DNA of 64,000 bases from an uncultured Bacilli bacterium. GTDB taxonomy: Bacteria; Bacillota_I; Bacilli_A; RF39; UBA660. The notes beneath the pieces are model-generated. The model saw only the letters and a program-made list of their open reading frames with translations. It did not search any database and was not told the origin of the DNA. Below are positions 41,750 through 50,465 of the stretch, piece by piece; position 1 is the first letter of the stretch, and every line of letters starts with the position of its first letter. The stretch is from the NCBI GenBank assembly GCA_934131005.1, contig CAKOYV010000001.1, positions 13,216 through 77,215 of the forward strand. The letters run 5' to 3'. Both the position numbers and the translations under genes were made by a program.

Positions 41750-44275
41750 TTAAGGCTTTAAAATTTTACCTCTAGCCTCTTCATCTTCAAATGGTAATAT
41801 TGCAATATCATCACAAAGTCTATAAAAAGCTATTTCAACAGTTCTATTTGAACAAGGAATATTCTTTTTAGCAAATACTCTGAATATTTCATCTAAATAA
41901 TCTTCTAAATTATACTCATCACCATTACCTTTTTGAACACAAATATTTTGTTTAACAAAATCATCATAATCATGAGATACTCTATAACTAGTATAATTTC
42001 TTCCTAATTCCATTAATTCTTTAATTACAATTGCCCTAATAACATAATAATTACGTCTTGGTAAAATAATTTTTGGATTTACTTTTAAATAATCTTCATA
42101 TTCAAATTTCTTTAAAAATTCACGAAATTTAAAAGGACTATCTGTTGTTTTAGTAAAATAATCCAAAATAGAAAATCTAACAATTTTATCATTCACTATA
42201 AAATTATCAGCCCTACTATCAATCATCATTTTAGAAATTTCCTCATAAACTTCTTTTTTTTCATTTTTAAAAACATCTGATCCATCTTTAGCAATACGCC
42301 TAATCTCTTTTACTACATCTGCTCCTAACCATCTTCTAACACACTCAATTAACGCCTTAAAAGACATATTATATTTATCCTCAATAAAATTAATAGGACA
42401 TCCATTAACAATCTCTTTATAAATTCCTCGAAACAAATTTCTAACATTTTCATCTACTGAAACAGAATACCCCCAATTAATAGAGTTGTTTATATTATTC
42501 ATATATGAATAATATAACTTTAAATATTTAAATGGCAATTTCACTTCTTCCATTATTTCCATACCATTCTTAGAAGATGTAGTATTAATCATAGCAAGTA
42601 AACTAGACACCTTAATACTATTAATTTTTGATTCTAATCCATGTGGATTGCCATAATATTCACCTACAATACCATTTGTAATTCCAAATAATTCTTTTTG
42701 CTTTAAACAACACTTATAAAGACTATCATAATAATCATTAACTAACCCATAAGCATCAGGTGCCCCTAAGCCAAAACATACATAATTTAAACAAACAGGA
42801 CTCTGACAATTTTCTTGATTATTTATAGAAATAGCTTTTCTTATCATTGATAAAGCCTTATTTTTCAAATCATCTGAAACTTTATTATTACTAATTATAT
42901 CAAGAAAGTCGAGATAATCTTTATTTTTTATTAATTGACCACCACTAAGTTTAACAAAATTATCAAATACAACATCATAGCAACATTCAACTATATACCC
43001 ATTACATACTTCTAATTTATCACTAGTAGGCAAAACATTTTTATCATCAGAAAATACTTGTTCAAACGGAAAAATTGGTAATTTATTAATCAACCTATGA
43101 AAAGCAACCTCAACAGTTTCTCTAGATTTAGGAATTGCTTTTTTATCAAACAATTCAAATATTTGCTCTATATAATCATTTAAAAAATATTTTTTACCAT
43201 TTTGAATTATAACAAAACTATTATTCCTTGTAAAATAATCAAAATTCCTATCTTTATTGTAAATATTAAAATTAGTAAGATACTCAAGTAAATTTTTAAC
43301 CATAATGGCTCTACAAATATAATATTTCTCTTTTTTTAAAACAAATTTTGGTTTTAATTTCAAATAATCTTCATAACTAAAATCTCTCATAAAATTAAAT
43401 AAATCGCTCGGATTTTCACGTGAAAAAACAAAATAATCCAAAACAGTAAATTTCTTTACTAACATATCAGGATTATTTATACCGTCAAATATTAACTTAG
43501 TTATTTTCTCAAACTGTTGTTTTTGATTATTCAATTTTAATGCATCCTCCTGCTTTTTAATACTAACAATACTATCAGCAGCATCATTCCCAAGATAATT
43601 TCTCATTAAAGTGACTAACTTATTAAATTTAACTTGATACTTATTCAAAATAAAATCAATATCTCTACAACCAATACCTTCATGATAAACCATCTTAAAA
43701 GTATCAACTCTAAGCTCCCTAACTTTATCCTCATCTTGTACTTTTTCTAAATATGAATACAAAGTATCTACATCTCCAAGCGATAATTTAAAATCCTTCA
43801 TCACATCAAGACCACTTTTATCTAAAAGCATATCACCCATAGTAAGTAGACTCAACACTTTCATTCTATTAATACTATTTTTTAAAAGATGTGGTTTCTT
43901 ATAAAACTTACCATAGACACCCATACTTATACCACATAGGTCTTTCTGTTTCAAACAACATTCATATAAAGAACTATAATATTCTAAAAGCAACTCATAA
44001 CTATCCGGTGCCCCCAAGCCAAAACAAACATAATTCAAATAAATAGGCTTTTGACATTCCTCTTGACTATTTATCAAAATAGCTTCTCTTATCATAGATA
44101 AAGCCTTATCTTTTAAACTACTACTAACTCTATTACTTTTAATTTTTTCCATAAAATCATGATAATAAGAATTTGGAAAAACATGACCAATATTTCTTAC
44201 GAAAACGCTATCAAGCAACAAATCATAAGTAGTTCCTATTATCTCACCATTATATATTTTTAATTCTTTCTTCAT
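41750..44275 (-). CDS. Two-module protein of unknown function (internal tandem duplication)
   Basis: Residues about 10-420 and about 430-847 are homologous, for example IYLNYVCFGLGAPDSYELLLEYYSSLYECCLKQKDLCGI versus VCLNYVCFGLGAPDAYGLVNDYYDSLYKCCLKQKELFGI. Both halves end in LPIFPFE / ILPFEDE. The ATG at 44275 has RBS gaggggg. Confidence 0.7.
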   Translation of the reverse strand: MKKELKIYNGEIIGTTYDLLLDSVFVRNIGHVFPNSYYHDFMEKIKSNRVSSSLKDKALSMIREAILINSQEECQKPIYLNYVCFGLGAPDSYELLLEYYSSLYECCLKQKDLCGISMGVYGKFYKKPHLLKNSINRMKVLSLLTMGDMLLDKSGLDVMKDFKLSLGDVDTLYSYLEKVQDEDKVRELRVDTFKMVYHEGIGCRDIDFILNKYQVKFNKLVTLMRNYLGNDAADSIVSIKKQEDALKLNNQKQQFEKITKLIFDGINNPDMLVKKFTVLDYFVFSRENPSDLFNFMRDFSYEDYLKLKPKFVLKKEKYYICRAIMVKNLLEYLTNFNIYNKDRNFDYFTRNNSFVIIQNGKKYFLNDYIEQIFELFDKKAIPKSRETVEVAFHRLINKLPIFPFEQVFSDDKNVLPTSDKLEVCNGYIVECCYDVVFDNFVKLSGGQLIKNKDYLDFLDIISNNKVSDDLKNKALSMIRKAISINNQENCQSPVCLNYVCFGLGAPDAYGLVNDYYDSLYKCCLKQKELFGITNGIVGEYYGNPHGLESKINSIKVSSLLAMINTTSSKNGMEIMEEVKLPFKYLKLYYSYMNNINNSINWGYSVSVDENVRNLFRGIYKEIVNGCPINFIEDKYNMSFKALIECVRRWLGADVVKEIRRIAKDGSDVFKNEKKEVYEEISKMMIDSRADNFIVNDKIVRFSILDYFTKTTDSPFKFREFLKKFEYEDYLKVNPKIILPRRNYYVIRAIVIKELMELGRNYTSYRVSHDYDDFVKQNICVQKGNGDEYNLEDYLDEIFRVFAKKNIPCSNRTVEIAFYRLCDDIAILPFEDEEARGKILKP

Positions 44276-44301
44276 AACCTTTTTCCCCCTCAATATATAT
44301 T

Positions 44302-46023
44302 TTACATAACATCAACACTATCAATTGCTAATAAATCTAAAATATTCTCTATTGTATAACCAACTAATTTAGTTAATGATAAATAATTCTTCTTCAATTT
44401 AATATCTTCTTCATGAGATATATTTATATCATTATAAAACTTATTATATAAATTACATAAATTATATAAATATTCACATAAAACATTAACACTAGCATTC
44501 TTATAAGCTTTATATAACTCACTAGATAGACTAACAATCTTAACATAAATATCTCTAATATTATCATTTACTATATCAATCTTATAATCAATTTCATCAT
44601 TATTTCTTAAAATTGACTTACATCTAACTAACGTATATAAAATATATGGCCCTGTCTTTCCTTCAAATGATGAAAATTTAACAGGATCAAATATATAATC
44701 TGTCTTTCTATATGGCAACAAGTCAGTATACTTAATTGTTGCAATTGTCAACTTTTCAATAACATCTTCTCTAACATTATCATCAAGCTTCTTAACTACC
44801 CTCTTAGCAATCTCATCATGAACCATATCAATTAAAGTTGAAAGTTGCATAACTCCACCATCTCTTGTTTTAAATGGCTTACCATCAGTTCCATTAATTG
44901 TTCCAAAGCCATAATGACATAACTTTGTATCCTTACTAACTAATCCTGATTTATAACTACCTCTAAACACTTGTTCAAAATTTAAAGCTTGTCGCTCATC
45001 TACAACATACCAAATTTCATCAGGATTATATAATTTCATACGTTTATAAATCGTTGCTAAATCTCTAGTTTCATACTTACTAGAACCATCACTTTTAAGA
45101 ACCATCAATGGAGGTAGTTCTTTCTTATCATCTTCCTTGGAAATATCCATAACCATTGCCCCATTTGATTCATATAAATAAGGCTTTAATATCTCTAATA
45201 GTGCTGGAATATATTCCAAACTTGCCATCTCACCATCCCATAAATCAAAAGTACAATTAAGTCTTTTATAAACTTTTTTAATTTCAACTGAAGATATTTC
45301 AACCATTTGACGCCATAATTCTAAGTAGCCTCGTCTGCCTTCTTCTACTTCTTTAGTAATTAAACGTACCTGCTCCATTCGCTCAGGTGACTCTTTAGCT
45401 GCAAGAGATGCCTTAGGATACATCTCTCCTAAATCAGCAGCCGTAAGTTCTACCTCAGGATATTCTCCTTCATAATTTGGATCGAAAAATACTAAATTTG
45501 GTTCTCTTAACATAAGTTCAGATATAAGCATACCAGATTGTCTTCCTAAATCACCTAAATGAACATCTCCAATAACCTTATTACCAAAAATCTTAGCTAC
45601 TCTCTTTAAAGCTTCTCCTATATTAGCACTTCTCATATGTCCAACATGCAAAGCTTTAGCAGCATTAGCCCCACCATAATCAACAATAATAGTTTTAGCT
45701 TCTTCTTTATCAATATGACAATTAAAGTCTGTCATTACTTTATTCATATAATCTATAATAACATCATCATTAAAAGATAAGTTGATAAAACCAGGACCTG
45801 CAATATTTACATTTACAAAACGATCATCTAATTTATCCTTTATTTCTTGAGCAATATCTCTGGGATTTTTGTGATAAATACCTGCTAGTGGCATCGCAAC
45901 ATTTATTTGGAATTGTCCAAGATTCCTCTGAGATGATGTTAATAATTTACAATCAAAATCTTCATAACCACAACTTCTTATTACACTATCTAAATATTTT
46001 TCAGTCTCTTTGATTAAACTCAC
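44302..46023 (-). CDS. argS: Arginine--tRNA ligase
   Basis: 573 aa. Class I HIGH variant ALHVGHMRS, ArgRS N-terminal domain and DALR-type anticodon-binding tail. Confidence 0.9.
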   Translation of the reverse strand: MSLIKETEKYLDSVIRSCGYEDFDCKLLTSSQRNLGQFQINVAMPLAGIYHKNPRDIAQEIKDKLDDRFVNVNIAGPGFINLSFNDDVIIDYMNKVMTDFNCHIDKEEAKTIIVDYGGANAAKALHVGHMRSANIGEALKRVAKIFGNKVIGDVHLGDLGRQSGMLISELMLREPNLVFFDPNYEGEYPEVELTAADLGEMYPKASLAAKESPERMEQVRLITKEVEEGRRGYLELWRQMVEISSVEIKKVYKRLNCTFDLWDGEMASLEYIPALLEILKPYLYESNGAMVMDISKEDDKKELPPLMVLKSDGSSKYETRDLATIYKRMKLYNPDEIWYVVDERQALNFEQVFRGSYKSGLVSKDTKLCHYGFGTINGTDGKPFKTRDGGVMQLSTLIDMVHDEIAKRVVKKLDDNVREDVIEKLTIATIKYTDLLPYRKTDYIFDPVKFSSFEGKTGPYILYTLVRCKSILRNNDEIDYKIDIVNDNIRDIYVKIVSLSSELYKAYKNASVNVLCEYLYNLCNLYNKFYNDINISHEEDIKLKKNYLSLTKLVGYTIENILDLLAIDSVDVM

Positions 46024-47351
46024 TTAGTCTCCCCCTTATCTTTAATTATTTCTACCATTTTCAAAATATCATTAAGTAATACTTCATGACTACTTCCATC
46101 ACTCATATTCTTAATATTTATTTTTCCTTCTTTTATTTCATCCTCACCTAGTACTATAACATAAGGTATATTATTTTTATTAGCCCAAGACATAGCTTTC
46201 TTTACTTTCCTTTTATTCATCTCTACAATAACTCTTATATTATACTCTCTAAGACTATTAGCAAGACCTAAACTACAAATACTATCATCCATAGGTATTA
46301 TATAAAGATCATATAAATCACTATTACTAATTTTATTACTCTTAGTAATTATTTCATAGATTGGTACTAACCCAAAAGTCATACCAACAGCAGGATATTT
46401 ATTACCATCATTAATAAAATTAGTAATAATATTATCATACCTACCTCCAGCACCTATACTAGAAGTAACTCTTCCTTCTTTATCAAACACTTCCCAAATA
46501 GTACCAGTATATATCTCTAAACCACGAGCTAGGTATGGTGTGAATACACATTCTCTAACACCCAAATCATCAAGATATTTACTAAGTTCACGAACCTCGC
46601 TAATACCTTTCCTCAAAGTATCATTACAACTATCATAAACATTAGAAGCAAGAGTATCAAAATCAACCTTAAAATAATTAAACAAACAATCTAGCTTACT
46701 ACTATCAATATCATAAGATTTAAGTTCTTCTCTAACACCATCTTCTCCTATCTTAGCAAGCTTATCAACAGACAAAATCACTTTTGTAATAACCTCACGC
46801 TCTATACCTGCCTCAATTATTAATCCCGATAAAAATTTTCTATTATTCCATTCTATATAAATATCAATGCCTAAATCTTTATAACACTTAACAGCCAAAC
46901 TCATAAGTTCAGCTTCAACAGTTGCACCTTCTATACCACATACATCAACATCACATTGATAAAATTCACGCACACGTCCTACCTTAACAGGCCCATCTCT
47001 ATATACTTTACCAATCTCATATCTTCTAAATGGTAATGATACTTTTTTATTAAGATTCATACTAATAATTTTAGAAAATGGGACTGTTAAATCATATCTA
47101 AGTCCAAGCTGTCTATTTCCTTGATCAGATAACGTATACATCTCTTTTAATATCTCAGCACCACCAGCATACTTACTTGCTAGTAGGTCATAATAACACA
47201 AAGTAGTAGTCTCAACAGGCAAATATCCATATAATTCAAAATTATTACTAAGTACTTTTATTATTTTATTTCTGATTATTTGCTCTTCTGGCAAATAATC
47301 AAAACTACCTTTAACATTCTGTAACTTCATCCCACTCAACATCTCCCTCAC
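46020..47351 (-). CDS. hisS: Histidine--tRNA ligase
   Basis: 443 aa. VKGSFDYLPEE, LRYDLTVPF, FRYEIGKVYRDGPVKVGRVREFYQCD and GAGGRYD are class II HisRS motifs. The true start may be the ATG at 47330. Confidence 0.85.
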   Translation of the reverse strand: MREMLSGMKLQNVKGSFDYLPEEQIIRNKIIKVLSNNFELYGYLPVETTTLCYYDLLASKYAGGAEILKEMYTLSDQGNRQLGLRYDLTVPFSKIISMNLNKKVSLPFRRYEIGKVYRDGPVKVGRVREFYQCDVDVCGIEGATVEAELMSLAVKCYKDLGIDIYIEWNNRKFLSGLIIEAGIEREVITKVILSVDKLAKIGEDGVREELKSYDIDSSKLDCLFNYFKVDFDTLASNVYDSCNDTLRKGISEVRELSKYLDDLGVRECVFTPYLARGLEIYTGTIWEVFDKEGRVTSSIGAGGRYDNIITNFINDGNKYPAVGMTFGLVPIYEIITKSNKISNSDLYDLYIIPMDDSICSLGLANSLREYNIRVIVEMNKRKVKKAMSWANKNNIPYVIVLGEDEIKEGKINIKNMSDGSSHEVLLNDILKMVEIIKDKGETK

Positions 47352-47358
47352 GCATATT

Positions 47359-47387
47359 ATTATACACTATAAAGCCTCACAAAGCAA
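47359..47387 (-). promoter_or_regulatory. Candidate sigma-A promoter for hisS-argS
   Basis: Minus strand reads TTGCTT, a 17-nt spacer, then TATAAT (47387..47382 and 47364..47359). This lies just upstream of the hisS RBS. Confidence 0.3.
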
Positions 47388-47406
47388 TTATAACTTTATG
47401 AGGCTT
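47372..47406 (-). terminator. Hairpin after DGR target gene 1
   Basis: 8-bp stem aagcctca/tgaggctt with a 19-nt loop; the T-tract is weak. Confidence 0.4.
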
Positions 47407-47441
47407 ATCTAAAATTATAGTGTTACAATTGATACAACACT

Positions 47442-47468
47442 CAGTTAACACCCTTAGGCTGTTACCTG
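47442..47468 (-). other. Conserved GC-containing hairpin 3' of target gene 1
   Basis: cagTtaaca-cccttaggc-tgttacctg pairs 8 of 9 bp. It is a copy of the perfect hairpin after target gene 2, preceded by the same gtagtggagta spacer. Confidence 0.5.
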
Positions 47469-47482
47469 ATATACTCCACTAC

Positions 47483-48460
47483 CTAACTTGTAGATATTTC
47501 CATAGGATAGTCCTCTGTACCTACTCCTAAGTATTTGAGCCCAGACTTGAGAGTCACTATTGGACGAAGGGCCCTGCTATTGCTGCTCTCACGAAATGAA
47601 GAGTTGCTATAGTAATACATGTCGCTGTTGTACACGGAGTCGTCCGAGGAGCCCAAGGAGTCGATCAAACATCCACCCCAGCTATAGGTAGTCGTGGATT
47701 TATAGCCGTAAAAGCGTGACGCTATCCAATATAAAGATGATAAACCTTTCACATTAGTAGCTTTTAATGTACCTATTGCATTTTTTACTAAATCATAGTC
47801 TTTTTGATATAGTTTGTCTCCTCCTCCTTGACTTTCTACTGGATTACAACTTCCTCCTGTTGAACAAGTCCATGGTGCTGGTTTAGTAAATTTAGATGTA
47901 TCTGTTATATATTTTGTTTGACCATTATAACCAAAATATCTCGAGCCTTTCGTATAAGTACTATTCTCATATTGACTAGCTAAAACATTCAAATATCCAA
48001 CTAAATTTTGATACCCTGTTTTTCCGCTAAAATATACTTCTGTCGTTGATGTATGCGCACTTATAACATCAACCGTACCATCGCTATTTAGGCTTATTAC
48101 TCGCCATAAATTTAATTCTTGCGGATTAATTGTCTGAGTACTGCTATATCCTGTTTTTGAGGTATCTGTTGTATATGATGATTTGGTCGGAGTCATTTTG
48201 ACATAATCGCCTACGGCTAAGGTATCTTTTTTAGTTAAACATACGTAACCATTTGGACAAGTTGTACTATTATTAATTTTAGTATTTAATTCATCAATAG
48301 CTCCTTGTACATCACCACTAGTTAGAGTACTATTACTATTATTATAAAAGACAGTATTAGATTTATATTTAGTTGCTGCTGCTACTGATATGCCAGTTAA
48401 TAATATTCCTAAAATAATACCATAAACTATTTTATAATTATAACTCTTCTTTTCTTTCAT
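47483..48460 (-). CDS. DGR target protein 1 (signal-anchored, C-terminal variable domain)
   Basis: 325 aa. The start overlaps the RT stop. It is highly similar to ORF 50509..51477 and to the C-terminus of the 2275-aa protein, except in the last roughly 60 residues (YWIASRFYGYKSTTTYSWGGCLIDS...ALRPIVTLKSG), which the TR-related GC-rich segment encodes. Confidence 0.8.
   Translation of the reverse strand: MKEKKSYNYKIVYGIILGILLTGISVAAATKYKSNTVFYNNSNSTLTSGDVQGAIDELNTKINNSTTCPNGYVCLTKKDTLAVGDYVKMTPTKSSYTTDTSKTGYSSTQTINPQELNLWRVISLNSDGTVDVISAHTSTTEVYFSGKTGYQNLVGYLNVLASQYENSTYTKGSRYFGYNGQTKYITDTSKFTKPAPWTCSTGGSCNPVESQGGGDKLYQKDYDLVKNAIGTLKATNVKGLSSLYWIASRFYGYKSTTTYSWGGCLIDSLGSSDDSVYNSDMYYYSNSSFRESSNSRALRPIVTLKSGLKYLGVGTEDYPMEISTS
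47562..47713 (-). repeat. DGR variable region VR1
   Basis: GC-rich island in an AT-rich gene. It aligns with the TR, sharing anchors CTTCGTCCA, TCCACGACT, ATC.AC.TCC and GGCTC. Most differences fall at TR adenines. Confidence 0.75.
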
Positions 48461-49406
48461 TTAATTTACCTCCCCTGGTTATATTTTTATAATTAATATA
48501 ACTAGATAAATAACTATTTAAATTTATTTTACCAGTCTCATATAAATATTTTTTATATTTAAATCTTCTAAAAGAATTTCTATATTTAGAAAATTTATTA
48601 TATTTATTTCTTCCAAGAAATATAATATTATTAGTATTTTTATATAATCTAGTTTTAGAATTTAATTCTAAATCTTGACTAACTAGAAATTCTTTTATTT
48701 TTTCTAAACAATATTTTAAATATTGTTTAGAAGGATGAAGTAGGATAAAATAATCTTGATATCTTACATAATATTTTATTTTTAATTCTTCTTTAATATA
48801 ATGATCCATTTCATTCAAATAAAAGATTCCTAATATTTGGCTAGTCATAAACCCTATACTAAGAGTAGTATCACTATCTAATATTTTAAATATTATATCA
48901 ATAGCATCTTTATCTTTTATTTTCCTTTGTAATTTTTTTTTTAAGATATCTATATTAATACTAGCGAAATATGCTTTTATATCACACTTTAAAAGATAGT
49001 AACTATTATATTTTTTATTTAATATACCTCCATATTTATAATATAAATCTAGAGCATATTTTGTTCCTTTATTAGGTCTAGATGCACAATTAGCATCTAT
49101 TAAACAAGGTATAAGTGCCTCATATAATATATATCTACTTACTAAATAATTCACTAACTTATCATACATATTTTGACTAACAATTCTTCTTTTCTTAGAA
49201 TCATAAATATAAAATACATTGTATTTACCAACTTGATAAGTTTTATTTTTCAAATCATGATAAGCTCTACTAATATAGATAGCTTTATAATTAATAAAGT
49301 TATTTACTTTATTTTTATTCTTAGTATTTCTACACATTTCATCAAAGCACTTCATTATATTTTCAAATTTATATATATTTTTATATAAATTATTTTTTCG
49401 TCTCAT
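48438..49406 (-). CDS. DGR-type reverse transcriptase with a non-canonical catalytic box YQDY
   Basis: 322 aa. RT motifs RRIVSQNMYDKLV, SRPNKGTKYAL and LKCDIKAYFASI. The DGR-specific motif SIGFMTSQILGIFYLNEMDHY is present. Motif C reads YYVRYQDYFILL, where YxDD is expected. Confidence 0.85.
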   Translation of the reverse strand: MRRKNNLYKNIYKFENIMKCFDEMCRNTKNKNKVNNFINYKAIYISRAYHDLKNKTYQVGKYNVFYIYDSKKRRIVSQNMYDKLVNYLVSRYILYEALIPCLIDANCASRPNKGTKYALDLYYKYGGILNKKYNSYYLLKCDIKAYFASINIDILKKKLQRKIKDKDAIDIIFKILDSDTTLSIGFMTSQILGIFYLNEMDHYIKEELKIKYYVRYQDYFILLHPSKQYLKYCLEKIKEFLVSQDLELNSKTRLYKNTNNIIFLGRNKYNKFSKYRNSFRRFKYKKYLYETGKINLNSYLSSYINYKNITRGGKLNERKEEL

Positions 49407-49496
49407 ATATCCACTTTCATAAAATTACTAACAGATATATTTTAATTAAATTTATAGAATAATTCTAAAGGACTTAGTCTATTTCTTCATTATCTC

Positions 49497-49518
49497 TAAT
49501 ATAAGATTACTTATATTA
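49497..49518 (-). other. 9-bp hairpin in the TR-RT spacer
   Basis: taatataag-atta-cttatatta lies about 20 nt 3' of the TR on the minus strand. Confidence 0.4.
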
Positions 49519-49537
49519 CCGCAGTTTGAAGAAGTTG

Positions 49538-49658
49538 CTGGACGAAGGACATTGTTGTTGTTGTTCAAAGAGCCCGAGGAGTTGATATAACGTCCGTTCC
49601 AGTTATAGTTAGTCGTGGAGTTATAGTTAGTCGTGGAGTTATAGTTATAATAGTGTAC
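49538..49658 (-). repeat. DGR template repeat (TR)
   Basis: Noncoding segment between avd and the RT. In the VR frame it reads TAT TAT AAC TAT AAC TCC ACG ACT AAC TAT AAC TCC ACG ACT AAC TAT AAC TGG AAC GGA CGT TAT ATC AAC TCC TCG GGC TCT TTG AAC AAC AAC AAC AAT GTC CTT CGT CCA. It is AAC-rich, as is typical of TRs. Confidence 0.8.
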
Positions 49659-49679
49659 ACTAGTCTAAACAACTAAGCC

Positions 49680-50020
49680 CTATACAGATGACTTTCGCCA
49701 TTTTATTACATATCTTAATAAATAATCTAAACTCTCCCCAAATTTTAAATATCTTTTAGAATTAATAATATGTTTGTTATAACAAACATTTATTAAATAA
49801 TCTAAATATTTAATATAAGAAATTAGTTTATCCTGAATATCAATTCTTTTCTCTAAATTAAAAGTTGTATTAGCTTCATAACTAATCTTTATCATTTGAT
49901 AAGAAGTAAACATATTTCTTTTTTTAATTCTATCTCTTTATGAGGAAAATTAGTTAAATATTTATCAAAATTATCAGTTAATTTTTTTACTAACTCTATT
50001 ACATAAAACTTATCTTTCAT
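49680..50020 (-). CDS. avd: Accessory variability determinant (Avd), split by a frameshift at an A7 run
   Basis: The ATG at 50020 overlaps the upstream stop and opens MKDKFYVIELVKKLTDNFDKYLTNFPHKEIELKK, the FPK-E-type first helix pair of Avd/23S-IVS four-helix-bundle proteins. That frame ends shortly after the A7 run at 49919..49925. The -1 frame continues RNMFTSYQMIKISYEANTT...FGESLDYLLRYVIKWRKSSV (ORF 49680..49913). Combined length is about 112 aa. Confidence 0.7.
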
Positions 50021-50431
50021 ATAATAAATTCTCTACTTCTTCTAATTTAGTATTATCTTTTAAAAGATATTTCTTTATTTTATCTATCCTATTTATTATA
50101 TCTATATAATTATTAGCTTTTATTAAAATATTTTTATAATTATTTTTATTTTTATAATTTACTTTATCAACCTCCTCATAATTATGAACTTTATCTATAA
50201 TAATATAATTTATATTTCTATTTTCTAGTTTAGATATTATTTTATTATAAGAGACAATAGGAAAACCACATGATTTATTATTAGCAGGCACATTTCTAAT
50301 TTTATATCCAAACAAATAAGAAATTATATCAGCATCATCATTATAACATTCATAAAAAGTTCCTTTTTTAATAATAAAACATAATTAGGAAATAATTCTT
50401 TTAAATTATTAACCATATTTATTACTGCCAT
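50010..50431 (-). CDS. MutS-domain-I-like DGR accessory protein, split by a frameshift at A_AAA_AAG
   Basis: The ATG at 50431 opens MAVINMVNNLKELFPNYVLLLKK. The -1 frame continues GTFYECYNDDADIISYLFGYKIRNVPANNKSCGFPIVSYNKIISKLENRNINYIIIDK. The joined sequence is colinear with MutS domain I (LLFFRMGDFYELFYDDA...MAGIPYHA...YLAKLV...VAICEQ). Confidence 0.65.
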
Positions 50432-50465
50432 ATTTTCATTATTCCTTTCTTTAATTTTTTTGCCC

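Noticed and set aside
47352-47482. T-box leader upstream of hisS-argS
   Set aside because: The intergenic region is only about 130 nt. It holds a simple hairpin and a promoter-like TTGCTT-17-TATAAT. I found no T-box consensus (AANNNGGGTGGTACCGCG-like) and no specifier-loop architecture.
48438-49406. The RT as a retron or group II intron maturase
   Set aside because: It has the DGR-specific IGxxxSQ motif, an adjacent Avd-like gene, and a TR with matching VRs. I saw no msr/msd-like inverted repeats, no intron domain V/VI-like structures and no maturase X domain.
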